Positions 52,047 through 62,789 of a stretch of 64,000 bases of DNA are shown here, piece by piece; within the stretch, counting starts at the first letter, position 1; every line of letters starts with the position of its first letter. The stretch comes from Desulfatiglandales bacterium (GTDB taxonomy: Bacteria > Desulfobacterota > DSM-4660 > Desulfatiglandales > Desulfatiglandaceae). The stretch covers positions 3,904,001 through 3,968,000 of the forward strand of contig OY762721.1 of NCBI GenBank assembly GCA_963666345.1. Direction: 5' to 3'. The translations under genes and the position numbers were made by a program. Under the pieces are notes generated by a model. That model was not told the DNA's origin. It worked only from the letters and a program-made list of their open reading frames with translations, and did not search any database.

Positions 52047-52307
52047 ATGAAAAAGAAGCTGGAAATAATCACATTCAAGGTGGACGAAGATCTGGGAAAG
52101 ATGATCAAGGATCTTCCCAACAGATCTCAATTTATCCGCACCGCCATAGTGAACGCCCTGGGAAGCACCTGTCCTCTCTGCAATGGAACAGGCATCCTGT
52201 CTCCTAATCAGAAGCGTCACTGGGATGATTTTTCTACAGATCACCCTTTTGAAAATTGTGTGTACTGCAATGAGCCGGTACTGGTATGCGCCAATGTCAA
52301 GGGCTGA
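52047..52307 (+). CDS. CopG/ribbon-helix-helix regulator with C-terminal Cys cluster
   Basis: IITFKVD, NRSQFIRTAI, CPLC...H..CVYC...C; GGAGG RBS. Confidence 0.82.
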   Translation: MKKKLEIITFKVDEDLGKMIKDLPNRSQFIRTAIVNALGSTCPLCNGTGILSPNQKRHWDDFSTDHPFENCVYCNEPVLVCANVKG

Positions 52308-52398
52308 CGTCAATCAAATCAAGGGGTCTGATGAATTTCCGGATGAAAACCGGATTGGATTAGAACCAGGATCAGAAAGATAATAAAGGGATATGTAA

Positions 52399-53256
52399 AT
52401 GAAAAAACCGTTTCTGTGGGTGCTCCTTTTCTGTTGGATAAGTGCCCTGTTCAGTCCCTGTTGCCAGGCAGGTGAAGGTGAAAGGATAAAGGCCTTTGTG
52501 AGCATCCTGCCGCAGGCCTGCTTTGTTGAGCGTATAGGAGGCGATCATGTCGATGTGGAGGTTATGGTAGGGCCTGGCAGATCACCCGCCACCTATGAAC
52601 CGACGCCGAAGCAGCTCTCACGGCTTGCAGGTGCGCAGATCTATTTCAGAATAGGTACGCCCTTCGAAGAAGGCTTCATAAAGAAGATCCGCAATACACA
52701 CAAGGACCTCATTATTGTTGACATGAGAAAGGGAATCGAACTGAGGTATTTCAATGATCGGAAAGGGGGGCAAAGACCTGATCCTCACATATGGCTTGAT
52801 CCCAAAAGGGTAAAGAGGCAGGCGGAAACGATATGCAGTGCCCTTTCACGATTAAACCCCGGCTGGTCCGCCGGGTTCGAGAGAAATTTCAAGGTTTTTC
52901 AGGATGACCTTGACGTCCTTGACGCCGGGATAACGAAAAATCTTGCCCCGTTTAGAGGGCGGAGCATATTTGTATTTCACCCGGCCTTCGGATATTTTGC
53001 CGAATCCTATGGCCTGGTACAGGTGGCTGTGGAGATGGAAGGAAAGCAGCCGGGTGCGAAACAGATTGCAAGGCTGATTGAAAGGGCACGAAAAGGAGGT
53101 GTAAAGGTGATCTTTGTGCAGCCCCAGTTCTCCGAAAGGGATGCCGGAACCATAGCTGAGGCTATCGGAGGGGCGGTTATAAAGATGGATCCTCTTCCAA
53201 GGGATTATATCGGCGGTCTGGCGACAATGGCCGAGAGCATCAGGGAGAATCTCTAA
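52399..53256 (+). CDS. znuA: Zn/Mn ABC transporter substrate-binding protein (ZnuA-like)
   Basis: SPATYEP, DPHIWLDP, VFHPAFGYFA. Confidence 0.88.
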   Translation: MKKPFLWVLLFCWISALFSPCCQAGEGERIKAFVSILPQACFVERIGGDHVDVEVMVGPGRSPATYEPTPKQLSRLAGAQIYFRIGTPFEEGFIKKIRNTHKDLIIVDMRKGIELRYFNDRKGGQRPDPHIWLDPKRVKRQAETICSALSRLNPGWSAGFERNFKVFQDDLDVLDAGITKNLAPFRGRSIFVFHPAFGYFAESYGLVQVAVEMEGKQPGAKQIARLIERARKGGVKVIFVQPQFSERDAGTIAEAIGGAVIKMDPLPRDYIGGLATMAESIRENL

Positions 53257-54035
53257 TGGCAACGGAAATCGGAAAAAGGCCTGTTATCAACCTGGCCGAT
53301 GTGTCGTTTTCATATAACGGCCACACGGTTTTAAGGGATGTCAACATGAGTGTCTATGAAAAGGACTTCCTCTCCGTGGTGGGTCCGAACGCAGGAGGCA
53401 AGACCACACTCCTGAAATTGATTCTGGGGTTGTTAAAACCGACCAGGGGCAGGGTAACGGTCTTTGGAGAGCAGCCGTCAAGGGTGCGTCGCCGGATAGG
53501 TTATATGCCTCAACAGGCGTCTCTTGATCCGCTTTTCCCTGTCTCGGTCAGGGATGTCGTTTTGATGGGGCGGATGGGTAGCGGCATGGGGCTGGGGCCT
53601 TTCAGGAGAAAGGACAAGGCGGCGGCAGACGGTGCGCTCAAAAAGGTGGGATTAAGCGAAGTGAAGAACCGATCCTTCTCAGATCTTTCAGGTGGCCAGA
53701 GGCAGCGCGTCCTAATTGCAAGGGCTCTCGCCTCGGAACCGGAACTGCTTCTGCTGGATGAGCCTACCTCAAATGTCGATTCAGTGATGGAAACGGCATT
53801 TTTTGAGATCCTCAAGGAGTTAAACGACAGCATCACGCTGCTGCTGGTTACTCATGATCTCGGCTTTGTATCATGCTATGTCAAGAGCGTTGCATGCGTA
53901 AATATGAGGGTAATCGTTCATCCCACAAGTGAGATCTCCGGTGAGATGATAAATGAAATCTACGGGGCTGACATGAGGATGGTGAGACATGATCACCGAT
54001 GCTCGGAGGAGGGGCATGAATGGTTGAATTCCTGA
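53256..54035 (+). CDS. znuC: Zn/Mn ABC transporter ATPase
   Basis: GPNAGGKT, LSGGQRQR, LLDEP. Confidence 0.88.
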   Translation: MATEIGKRPVINLADVSFSYNGHTVLRDVNMSVYEKDFLSVVGPNAGGKTTLLKLILGLLKPTRGRVTVFGEQPSRVRRRIGYMPQQASLDPLFPVSVRDVVLMGRMGSGMGLGPFRRKDKAAADGALKKVGLSEVKNRSFSDLSGGQRQRVLIARALASEPELLLLDEPTSNVDSVMETAFFEILKELNDSITLLLVTHDLGFVSCYVKSVACVNMRVIVHPTSEISGEMINEIYGADMRMVRHDHRCSEEGHEWLNS

Positions 54036-54871
54036 CAGACCTTCAGGTTCATGCCTTTCTGCAAAACGCGCTTTTGACCGGCATTTTGGCAAGCATAGCC
54101 TGTGGAATTATCGGAAGTTATGTGGTTACCAGGAGAATCACCTATGTCGCCGGTGGTATCGCACACAGTGTCCTGGGGGGTATGGGCGCGGCCAGGTATC
54201 TTGAGGTCGTCTATGACTGGGAGTGGATTCATCCTCTTTACGGTGCGGTTGCGGCGGCACTTTTGTCCGCCGCCGTCATAGGACTTGTGGGCCTGAAGGC
54301 CAGGCAGAGGGAGGATACCGTCATAGGGGCTGTCTGGGCCATCGGCATGGCAACCGGTATCTTATTCATATTCAAGACACCGGGATACAACGAAGACCTT
54401 ATGAGCTATCTGTTCGGTAATATCCTCATGGTTTCATCTTCCGAACTTTGGCTGATAGGGGGTCTTGATCTGCTCGTCGTTGTTGCGGGACTCCTGTTTT
54501 ACAACCAGTTGATGGCGGTCTGTTTTGATGAGGAGTTCGCAAGACTGAGGGGTATCCATGTGGAGTTCTTTTACCTGCTGCTTCTCTGCCTAACCGCCTT
54601 GACCGTGGTATTGCTTGTTACAGTGGTGGGTATCGTCATGGTAATAGCCCTTCTTACGCTTCCCGTCGCTGTTGCAGGGCACTTTTCACGTAGATTGTGG
54701 CAGATGATGGGCCTTTCCGTGATATTTACCTCCGCCGTAACAACAGGGGGGCTCGTATTGAGTTACGGTCCTGACCTGCCGGCAGGGGCGACAACCATCG
54801 TGCTGGCAGGTGTCTTATATATTCTGGTTTCGGTATGTTCCAGGTTTCGGAGAATAAGGCGAAGTGAGTGA
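54020..54871 (+). CDS. znuB: Zn/Mn ABC transporter permease
   Basis: GIAHSVLGG, SYLFGNIL, FDEEFA. Confidence 0.88.
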   Translation: MVEFLTDLQVHAFLQNALLTGILASIACGIIGSYVVTRRITYVAGGIAHSVLGGMGAARYLEVVYDWEWIHPLYGAVAAALLSAAVIGLVGLKARQREDTVIGAVWAIGMATGILFIFKTPGYNEDLMSYLFGNILMVSSSELWLIGGLDLLVVVAGLLFYNQLMAVCFDEEFARLRGIHVEFFYLLLLCLTALTVVLLVTVVGIVMVIALLTLPVAVAGHFSRRLWQMMGLSVIFTSAVTTGGLVLSYGPDLPAGATTIVLAGVLYILVSVCSRFRRIRRSE

Positions 54872-54921
54872 TGTCTCGGCAAGGTTTGCAGATTCAAGCC
54901 ATTGGAAGCGGCAGACCTGTT

Positions 54922-55704
54922 TTATAAGGGGCCTTCGAACAACCTTGCGACAGCATCAAATGAATCCCTTATCTTTTTACCCACCTCTGCCAGCCTTGAT
55001 TTTGAGGACATGTGGGAACTTCCGTCCAGGTAAAGGTCTTGATTGAGTTCGATCTGGATACCTATCTTTCCTGTCGTTTCAAAATCATGGCCGTAATGAT
55101 ACATGATATATCCGCCCCTGTAGGGGTAATTGAGAGAAACTGAGAAACCGGATTTTTCAAAGGCCTCTTTTATGCCGTTCATGGTGTCGGGCGGGCAGGT
55201 GATGCCGCCTGCGCCGGGAACCCTTTTCCCATGTCCGTCTCCATAGTTGCTGAGGGTGATGTCACTTCTTTTCCTGCCGGCATCAGGGGCATCCCTTGGG
55301 CCGGTACCATTGAGCGAATGACAGTCAAAAATAGCCTTTATCCCCGGATTTTCAAAACGGCCGGAAAGTTTTTCGTGAAATGGCCGGTAATACATGTCGA
55401 TTCTGTCTTCAGTTTGCTCCTTATCCGGCTCAGAGCCTCTGTAAAAGATCCTCCTTCCATGGTAATCCGTCTTTGCTATTACGCCCTTTTCATCAAGCCT
55501 GCCCGGAGTCCTGTTAAGATCCACAACCAGACGGCTCCATTCTGCGCGCAGGACCGCGGCGGCCGGCAGTGCCCCGAATATCTCACCTGTTCCTCTGTCG
55601 ACGGATTCCAGTATCTCCTTGTCGGTGAGTGCTATGGCGGGCCTGATATCATCCGGAACGCGGTGAGAGCAGTGGGGTATGGATAAAACAAAAGGGTAGG
55701 GCAT
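54922..55704 (-). CDS. N-formylglutamate amidohydrolase-family protein
   Basis: SIPH, SRLVVDLNR, YYRPFH, DCHS, NYPYRGGYI, QIELNQDLY. Confidence 0.9.
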   Translation of the reverse strand: MPYPFVLSIPHCSHRVPDDIRPAIALTDKEILESVDRGTGEIFGALPAAAVLRAEWSRLVVDLNRTPGRLDEKGVIAKTDYHGRRIFYRGSEPDKEQTEDRIDMYYRPFHEKLSGRFENPGIKAIFDCHSLNGTGPRDAPDAGRKRSDITLSNYGDGHGKRVPGAGGITCPPDTMNGIKEAFEKSGFSVSLNYPYRGGYIMYHYGHDFETTGKIGIQIELNQDLYLDGSSHMSSKSRLAEVGKKIRDSFDAVARLFEGPL

Positions 55705-55838
55705 AAGACATCTCCTTGAATTGACTTGATAAACCTATTAATTCCTTTCAGTGAACCTGGCCACTTGAAAATGGTTTCTGCCGAGATTGTGGAGCCTTTC
55801 GGCCTGCGCGTCCGTACATCCGGGCCGGGATTGTTCAA

Positions 55839-56831
55839 TCAATCCTCCGTCTGAAAACAGGCGACAAAATGATCCTTCTCAATCTCCTTTAAAAGGGGCC
55901 TTTGTCTGCTGCATTCAAGCCCTTTTGAAACTGCGCACCTTTCATGAAAGGGGCAACCCTGCAGATCGTAGTGGCCCCTGTGCCGATTGGTGAGAAGCGT
56001 CCCGTACGGCTCAAAGCCCCTTGGATTGCCGTAGCTGGGAAGGGCATCTATGAGGGCCTTTGTGTAGGGGTGAGCCGGGTTGTTTATGAGATCTTTTCCC
56101 GGCCCGAGCTCAACCATGTTTCCCCTGTATATCACGGCTATACGGTCACAGAGATAGCGGGCCGCGGCAAGACTGTGGCTGATGAAGAAAATGGTCACAT
56201 GGAACCTGTCTCTCATATCAAGAAGGATATTGAAGATCTGAGCCGATATGGAGGCGTCCAGCATGGATGTCGGCTCATCGGCCACGACGAAACCGGGTCG
56301 GATGACCATTGCCCTGGCAATTGCGACCCTTTGTCTCTGACCTCCGCTTAACTGATGCGGAAAGCTTTGGAAATAGTCCTGAGGCGGTGAGAGCCCGACT
56401 GTCTTGATGGCCTCTTCAGCCATCTCTTTTATCTTCCACCTGTCTCCTTTCCTGTGGATTGAAAGGGGTTCGGATACCGTGTCGATAACCGACATATGGG
56501 GATTCAGCGACTGGTAAGGATCCTGGAATATCATCTGGACCTTTTGTCTGAATTCTTTAAGAGCCTTCCCCTTAAGCCCGCCTATGTCAATCCCATCAAG
56601 ATATATATTACCCTTTTCAGGCTCCTCCAGCTTGGTTATCAGACGGCCTGCGGTGGTCTTGCCGCTGCCGCTTTCCCCAATAAGCCCGAATATTTCTCCC
56701 TTCATGACGGCAAGAGAGATCCTGTCAAGGGCTGTTACGTCTTTGCGCCTTTTACCCATCAGGTTCCTTTTGCCCCTGTAGGTCTTACTTACCTGTTCGA
56801 GTCTGATTATGTGTTCTTTTTGGGGTGCCAT
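55839..56831 (-). CDS. Peptide ABC transporter ATPase (DppF/OppF-like)
   Basis: GESGSGKT, QMIFQDPY, LSGGQRQR, HPYT. Confidence 0.92.
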   Translation of the reverse strand: MAPQKEHIIRLEQVSKTYRGKRNLMGKRRKDVTALDRISLAVMKGEIFGLIGESGSGKTTAGRLITKLEEPEKGNIYLDGIDIGGLKGKALKEFRQKVQMIFQDPYQSLNPHMSVIDTVSEPLSIHRKGDRWKIKEMAEEAIKTVGLSPPQDYFQSFPHQLSGGQRQRVAIARAMVIRPGFVVADEPTSMLDASISAQIFNILLDMRDRFHVTIFFISHSLAAARYLCDRIAVIYRGNMVELGPGKDLINNPAHPYTKALIDALPSYGNPRGFEPYGTLLTNRHRGHYDLQGCPFHERCAVSKGLECSRQRPLLKEIEKDHFVACFQTED

Positions 56832-56851
56832 TTTTTGCCTGTATGAAACGA

Positions 56852-57802
56852 TCAGCCGAAGCAAAGTGCCTTATGTGTCCGGGTAATTTCAACCCAGGGC
56901 GGAGGTTCATTGCGGCACTTATCCGTTGCGGTCGTACACCTGTCACAGAACCTGCATCCTTTAAGGACGCAGACCAGATTGGGGGCCTCACCGGGTATCG
57001 GCTCAAGTCGGAGCTTTTCCCCGGTAAGCGTAGGAAAGGATGCCAGAAGCGCCTTTGTGTAGGGATGAACAGGATTGTCGAAGACTTCTTCCCTCCTGCC
57101 GATTTCAATAATCTGACCCGCGTACATTACCGCAATGTTATGACAGATATCCGCTACCACGGATATGTCGTGTGAGATATAGATGATCCCAATGTGAAAT
57201 CCATCCTGAAGTTTTTTGATCTCCCCGAGTATCTGATCCTGGACTATGACATCCAGGGCTGTGGTCGGCTCATCGGCGATTATTAGATTCGGACGGCACG
57301 AAAGCGCCATGGCAATTACGGCACGCTGCTTCATGCCCCCGCTGTATTGATGAGGATAGTCATTTATGCGCTCTGCCGGGATGCCTACGAGGTCAAAGAG
57401 TTCTTCGACATTTTTTGAGACCTCCTTTGCGGGCATTTCACTGTTATGGGCCTTTATGGCCTCACCTATCTGCGCACCGACCTTGTGAACCGGGTTAAGC
57501 GCATTCATTGCCGCCTGGAAGATCATTGCGATCTTACTCCACCTGATTGATCTAAACTCGTTTTCCGGTATTGCATTTAAGTCTTTTTCCTGAAAGAAGA
57601 TGTTCCCTCCGGTTACGGATGCATTCGGCGGCAGGAGCCCCATGATCGCCTTTCCTATGGTCGTCTTTCCGCACCCGGATTCTCCGACCAGCCCAAGCGA
57701 CCTGCCTGAATCAAGGGAAAAAGAGACATCATCCACCGCCTTGAGGAAGCCCTTTTTCGTCTGGTATCCCACGTTCAGTTTTTTGACGTCGAGTAGAGCC
57801 AT
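56852..57802 (-). CDS. Peptide ABC transporter ATPase (DppD/OppD-like)
   Basis: GESGCGKT, YSGGMKQR, DEPTTALD. Confidence 0.92.
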   Translation of the reverse strand: MALLDVKKLNVGYQTKKGFLKAVDDVSFSLDSGRSLGLVGESGCGKTTIGKAIMGLLPPNASVTGGNIFFQEKDLNAIPENEFRSIRWSKIAMIFQAAMNALNPVHKVGAQIGEAIKAHNSEMPAKEVSKNVEELFDLVGIPAERINDYPHQYSGGMKQRAVIAMALSCRPNLIIADEPTTALDVIVQDQILGEIKKLQDGFHIGIIYISHDISVVADICHNIAVMYAGQIIEIGRREEVFDNPVHPYTKALLASFPTLTGEKLRLEPIPGEAPNLVCVLKGCRFCDRCTTATDKCRNEPPPWVEITRTHKALCFG

Positions 57803-57803
57803 A

Positions 57804-58724
57804 TCATCCGGCCTCGGAATTCCTTCTGAGCCTCGGGTCAAGGACTTCATCCATGGCACGACCCAGCATGTAAAAGGAAAGGGTGATCATGGAGATGCAT
57901 ATCCCGGGGGGCAGGAGCCAGTAGGGGGCCTGAAACATGTGGCCGGTTTTCCAGACCCACTGCAGCATCATTCCCCAGCTGACCGTGCCTGGATCTCCAA
58001 AGCCCAGAAAGGCCAGTGCCGCCTCTATAATGATAGCGGAGGTCACCCTGAAGGTCATATACAGAAATGCCAGGGGCAGGACGTTCGGCATGATATGCCT
58101 GAAGATGATTCTCAGATGCCCTGCGCCGGCAACCTTTGCCGCGTCGATAAAAGGCCTTTGTTTGAGCGAGAGGGTCTGTGCCCTTATTACGCGCGCAACC
58201 CCGGGCCACCTGAAAAGCGCAATCAATATTACGATGACCCATATATTGAGCTGCCCGAAAAGAGATGAAAGGATGAGTACCACCAGCAGTGTGGGCATTA
58301 CCATTATCATGTCGGCCGATCTCATCAGGAATGCGTCCGTGGATCTGCCCGAATAGCCGGCGACCATGCCTATGGTCGTCCCGATAACTATGCTCATAAA
58401 GGCCGCTGAGATGCCGACTATGAAGGCCACTCTCGCACCTGCCAGAAGCTGACTCAGAATATCCCTTCCGATGAAATCGGTGCCCAGCCAGTGCCTGAAA
58501 CTGGGGCCGGTTGAAAAAGATATCTGGGGGTCGACCCCCGTCATGGGATGATACATGGGGCTGATCATGGGAGGGATGAAACTGCCCAGGGCCATAAAGG
58601 CGAATACTACCAGGAGGGTGAGGCCTATCTTTCCCACAAGGCTTTCCCTGAACAGTGCCCATCCTTCAAGGAAGCGTTGTATCCAGTGGTATCTGTCCGT
58701 AAGTCGAGCCGGTCTTGAAGTCAA
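57804..58724 (-). CDS. Peptide ABC transporter permease (DppC-like)
   Basis: HWLGTD..GRD, FIDAAK..GA, AALAFLG, SWG.ML. Confidence 0.92.
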   Translation of the reverse strand: MTSRPARLTDRYHWIQRFLEGWALFRESLVGKIGLTLLVVFAFMALGSFIPPMISPMYHPMTGVDPQISFSTGPSFRHWLGTDFIGRDILSQLLAGARVAFIVGISAAFMSIVIGTTIGMVAGYSGRSTDAFLMRSADMIMVMPTLLVVLILSSLFGQLNIWVIVILIALFRWPGVARVIRAQTLSLKQRPFIDAAKVAGAGHLRIIFRHIMPNVLPLAFLYMTFRVTSAIIIEAALAFLGFGDPGTVSWGMMLQWVWKTGHMFQAPYWLLPPGICISMITLSFYMLGRAMDEVLDPRLRRNSEAG

Positions 58725-58763
58725 ATCTGAAACCTCCGTATAGACTGAAGGTGTTTCAGCCTT

Positions 58764-59741
58764 TTAATATCTTATCCTGGGGTCCAGGTATGCATAAAGT
58801 ACATCGACGATAACATTTGCCACAAGCACGACTGCCGCTATGAGCAGAAAGGATGCCTGGGCAAGCGGATAGTCATTGTTGCTTACAGAGAAAACCAGCT
58901 CCCTGCCCAGACCGGGCCAGGTGAATACGGTTTCGGTCAGCGCGCCGCCGTTTATGGAAAAGGCGAGACTGAGCCCTATGCTTGTGACTACCGGCAGGGC
59001 GGCATTAGGGGCCGCGTGATGGTTCCGTATGATCTTTTCTTCAAGCCCTTTTGCCCTTGCCGTTAATATGTAGTCCTCTTTGAGGGTCTCAAGCATGCTG
59101 CTCCTCATAATAAGGAGGTAGCTGCCGAAATGGATGAGAAAAAGCGTCCCGAGGGGGAGTATCATGTGATGTATTATGTCCAGTGCCTTTTTCAGGGACC
59201 CTGAACCGGGATCCAGCCAGATCTCGGGTGTGATCATTCCGGTCAGGGGAAACCAGCCGACCTTGTAGGCAAAAAACCAGATCATCAAAAGGGCGATCCA
59301 GGGCAGAAACATTGTATGACAGACGAGCGCCCCGATGGTCATGGCCGTATCCTTAAAGCTTCCCTTGGCCCATGAGGCGATCTTTCCCAGAAAAACCCCG
59401 AAAAAGGCTGAAAGCATAATCGATGTTGTGAAAAGAAGAATAGTGTTGGGCAGACGGTCCAGGATTATCTTGAGCACCGGCCTTCCGTAATGAAAGGACG
59501 TCCCCATGTTTCCCGAGAAAAAATTCTTGAGATAGTAAAGATACTGGACGCTTATCGGTTTATCAAGGCCGAGCTGGGAAATCAGTATCTCGGCGTCTTC
59601 AGGTGTCATGGTGGGGTCCACCATCCTTTCGATCGGATCACCCGGCGCGATTCGGAACAGGACAAAGAGCACCGTCAATATAATAAAAAAGATTATTATA
59701 ATCTGTCCGAGCCTCAGGGCCACGTATCTGTTGAGTGCCAT
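58764..59741 (-). CDS. Peptide ABC transporter permease (DppB-like)
   Basis: PGDP, LGLDKP, DYILTARAKGL, ETVFTWPGLG, LDPRI. Confidence 0.92.
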   Translation of the reverse strand: MALNRYVALRLGQIIIIFFIILTVLFVLFRIAPGDPIERMVDPTMTPEDAEILISQLGLDKPISVQYLYYLKNFFSGNMGTSFHYGRPVLKIILDRLPNTILLFTTSIMLSAFFGVFLGKIASWAKGSFKDTAMTIGALVCHTMFLPWIALLMIWFFAYKVGWFPLTGMITPEIWLDPGSGSLKKALDIIHHMILPLGTLFLIHFGSYLLIMRSSMLETLKEDYILTARAKGLEEKIIRNHHAAPNAALPVVTSIGLSLAFSINGGALTETVFTWPGLGRELVFSVSNNDYPLAQASFLLIAAVVLVANVIVDVLYAYLDPRIRY

Positions 59742-59914
59742 ATGAGAGTCCTGTGGTTTATTGCATTGAGCCTTCGGTTTTCAGGCCAGCGGCTTGTTTC
59801 CTTATCTGTTTTGCAGGCAGCCGACGGCTGCTCGCCTCTGGTGCCGAACCGGAAAAAGGCGTTTTTGTTGCTCCGACCTGGATCCATCGTCCAATTCAGG
59901 TCTTGATTCAAAGA

Positions 59915-61618
59915 TCAATCGGTTACTTCGACTGCCCTGACCTGGCAGAAGGACCATATGTTCCCGATCCCTCCCAGCGTCTCGACCCATCCGGTAAACC
60001 TGTCGGTCCTTACCGCTTCACTGATCATAGGGTTATAGATCGGAACATAGGGGACGTCTCCAAGTATTATCCTTTGCATCTCCAGGATAACATCCCTTCT
60101 TCTGTTGATGTCCATTAAGCCTGTTGAGCGCTCAGCCAGTCTGTCGAAACGGGGATTGTTGTAACCGCTCATGTTCCAGCCTCTCTCCCTGTCGTTTGCC
60201 GAATGGAAAAAGACCCCCAGATATCCGGCATCAAGGGACAGCCTTCCGTAACCCAGTATAAAGAGGTCGAAGTCGTGCCGGGCCTTGACCTGCTGCAGAA
60301 GAGAACTGAAAGACATCGGTCTGGCAAAGGCCGGCATTCCGAAGGCCCTGAGCCATTCCTGTATCATCATTCCGCACATGGCGCGGTGGGGGTCATAGTC
60401 GGCCGGGGGCGTAAGTATGGTGAATCTTCCCATAGGCTTACCCCCGGGCAGACGAAGGCCGTTAGCCTTGACCACGTTCCCGTTGTCATCAACAGGAGGA
60501 AGATCCCAGTCGTAACCCGACCGTTTGAGAATATGGTACGCCTTTTTTACGCGTGCCTCAGCTGTAAGGCCTTCACCGTATAAGGGCAGATCGGGGCAGT
60601 ACCAGAACCTGTTACCGGGCGGGACGACCGAATGCATCTTGATTGCGTAACCCTGAAGGATTCGCGATATTATAAAATCCTTGTCAATAAGAGTGGCCAC
60701 AGCCCTCCTGAGATTCGCGTCGTCAAAGGGGCCTCTTCGCAGATTGAATCCCATGAAGTAAAGCGCGCTTTTTTCACTCAGAAAGACCTTTATGTCCTTG
60801 TGCTCTTTCAGTTCGTCAAGGTACCCGGGCTGAATTCCCCACCAGGACATATCTATGCTTCCCTTTTTAAGGGAAAGGATTGCAACATCCGTGGTCCCGT
60901 AGATCTTGAAAATCAGATCGTTCACGTGCGGCCCAAGCAGTCGGCCGTTTATGGTTTTTCCCCGGCCGAAAAAATGCCTGTTTCTCTGCATGTGAACATA
61001 TGCCCCCTGTCTCCACTCCTTAAGCATATAGGGGCCGCAACCCACAGGATCCTCAGGATGGTGGTTCAACAACGCCCTTAAGGGTTTCATGCTCTTTGCG
61101 GCCTTTTGAACCACCTTTGCCCATTGCCTTTTCTGGACGATGGGAGTGGTTAGTGTCCTGCTCAGAAAAACGGCCTTGGGCCTGGTAAGGAAAAACCTTA
61201 CGGTGCGTTTGTCAGGGGTCTCGATCCTCTTTATGAACTCCCACCTGGATCTGAACCTGGGTATCTTGAAATCCTTGATAAGATTTCCGGTAAAGGCTAT
61301 GTCTTCCGAGGTTACATCGGTTCCGTCCGACCACTTCGCATGCCTGAGCCTGACGGTGTATGACAGATTCGCGGGATCAAATTGAGGCATCTGCTCCGCC
61401 AGCCACGGCACCATTTTGAGTGAAACAGGGTCCCTTAAATAAAGGGGCTGATAGATAAGCGAGAGCACCTTCCCGGAGTTGGCGTCGGTTGCAAACCAGA
61501 TATTGAGTGTCCTCGGTTCTTCCGAAAGACCTATCTTTAACGGCAGCCCTTTGTTTTCCACGGTACAGGAAAAGGTGCAGAGGATGATCATGATCAGGGC
61601 AGCAAGGCGCCTATTCAT
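59915..61618 (-). CDS. Peptide ABC transporter substrate-binding protein (family 5, probable lipoprotein)
   Basis: Lipobox-like FSC, KWSDG, PVGCGPY, PFDD.NLRRA, N.SGYNNP.FD. Confidence 0.92.
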   Translation of the reverse strand: MNRRLAALIMIILCTFSCTVENKGLPLKIGLSEEPRTLNIWFATDANSGKVLSLIYQPLYLRDPVSLKMVPWLAEQMPQFDPANLSYTVRLRHAKWSDGTDVTSEDIAFTGNLIKDFKIPRFRSRWEFIKRIETPDKRTVRFFLTRPKAVFLSRTLTTPIVQKRQWAKVVQKAAKSMKPLRALLNHHPEDPVGCGPYMLKEWRQGAYVHMQRNRHFFGRGKTINGRLLGPHVNDLIFKIYGTTDVAILSLKKGSIDMSWWGIQPGYLDELKEHKDIKVFLSEKSALYFMGFNLRRGPFDDANLRRAVATLIDKDFIISRILQGYAIKMHSVVPPGNRFWYCPDLPLYGEGLTAEARVKKAYHILKRSGYDWDLPPVDDNGNVVKANGLRLPGGKPMGRFTILTPPADYDPHRAMCGMMIQEWLRAFGMPAFARPMSFSSLLQQVKARHDFDLFILGYGRLSLDAGYLGVFFHSANDRERGWNMSGYNNPRFDRLAERSTGLMDINRRRDVILEMQRIILGDVPYVPIYNPMISEAVRTDRFTGWVETLGGIGNIWSFCQVRAVEVTD

Positions 61619-61684
61619 AGGTTCATGATATTCTTTTACGGCAGATAAGATTCCTATGGCTCTTCCCTCTTTTCGGATTCCACA

Positions 61685-62686
61685 CTATCTCTTGTGACCG
61701 CGATTTAAATCCCTGACCCGTTCCTCGATAAAATCTATCACATCCCGTTCGATTTTTACATCGTCAAGCCGGTTTATCCGGGGTATCCCTCCGGGGCTTA
61801 CGCAGTTTACTTCAACCAGTTTGTCTCCTATGACGTCTATGCCCACAAAAAAGAGGCCATCCTTTATCAAACGGTCCTTTATGATAAGACAGATCTGTTT
61901 TTCCTTTTCAGTGACCTTGTGCTTGTATGCCTTTGCCCCGGCATGGATATTCGTCCTGAAGTCTCCCTTTTTTGGTTTCCTCCTCATTGCGCCCACAATT
62001 TCACCGTTTAAGAGCAATATCCTGACGTCTCCCTGTATTTTTACGATATCAAGATATTCCTGCACCATTATAGGTTCCCGGCTGTGGTAGGCATTGTATG
62101 CCTTCACGTAGTAGTTTGTCAGAGAGATCAGATTCTCCTCATCCCTTGTGCTTACCTTGATAACCCCCTCTCCTCCGTATCGTTGAAGGGGTTTGACCAC
62201 CATTGCTCCGCCGAACCCCTCGATTACCCTCTTGAGCCTTCCTGGGTCCCTGGACACATGCGTTTGAGGGATGATTTCGGGAAAATTGAGAGTATAGAGT
62301 TTGCTGTTTCCGAGAATCTGTCCAAGGGTGTCGTTTATGATAAACACCTTGTCTCTGACAAGGGACAGAAATTCCAATGACTGATAGACAAGGGGAGGGT
62401 CTTTTCTAAGAAACAGGGCGTCCAGATCGGTGAGGGTTTCAAATATCAGCTCCTCCCGTTTTGTGCACTGAATTATTGAACGCCAGTATTTTTTCATGGA
62501 AAGATCGCGGGTAACCGAGATGTCTCTCATCCTGGCCACTACTTCATCCTTTCTTATGTAGACATCATGGGGTTCCAGAAAATACACACTGTGCCCCCTC
62601 TGGTTGCATTCATACATGAGATGACTGGTGGTTTCATTCGTGGGTTCAATAGATCTAAGGGGGTCCATCACAAATGCGATTTTCAT
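61685..62686 (-). CDS. Glutathione synthase (GshB)-like ATP-grasp ligase
   Basis: MKIAFVMDP, FLRKDPP, VVKPL..YGGEG, GDVRILL, DFRTNIHAG, EVNCVSPGG. Confidence 0.9.
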   Translation of the reverse strand: MKIAFVMDPLRSIEPTNETTSHLMYECNQRGHSVYFLEPHDVYIRKDEVVARMRDISVTRDLSMKKYWRSIIQCTKREELIFETLTDLDALFLRKDPPLVYQSLEFLSLVRDKVFIINDTLGQILGNSKLYTLNFPEIIPQTHVSRDPGRLKRVIEGFGGAMVVKPLQRYGGEGVIKVSTRDEENLISLTNYYVKAYNAYHSREPIMVQEYLDIVKIQGDVRILLLNGEIVGAMRRKPKKGDFRTNIHAGAKAYKHKVTEKEKQICLIIKDRLIKDGLFFVGIDVIGDKLVEVNCVSPGGIPRINRLDDVKIERDVIDFIEERVRDLNRGHKR

Positions 62687-62789
62687 AAGACAACTCCTGT
62701 TCTACCACTAAGCGCTTTCGGCATAATATGGCATGGATTGCGAATTTCAAGATCTTAAGGCACGGGGAAAATCGGGAACAGTTGGATTT

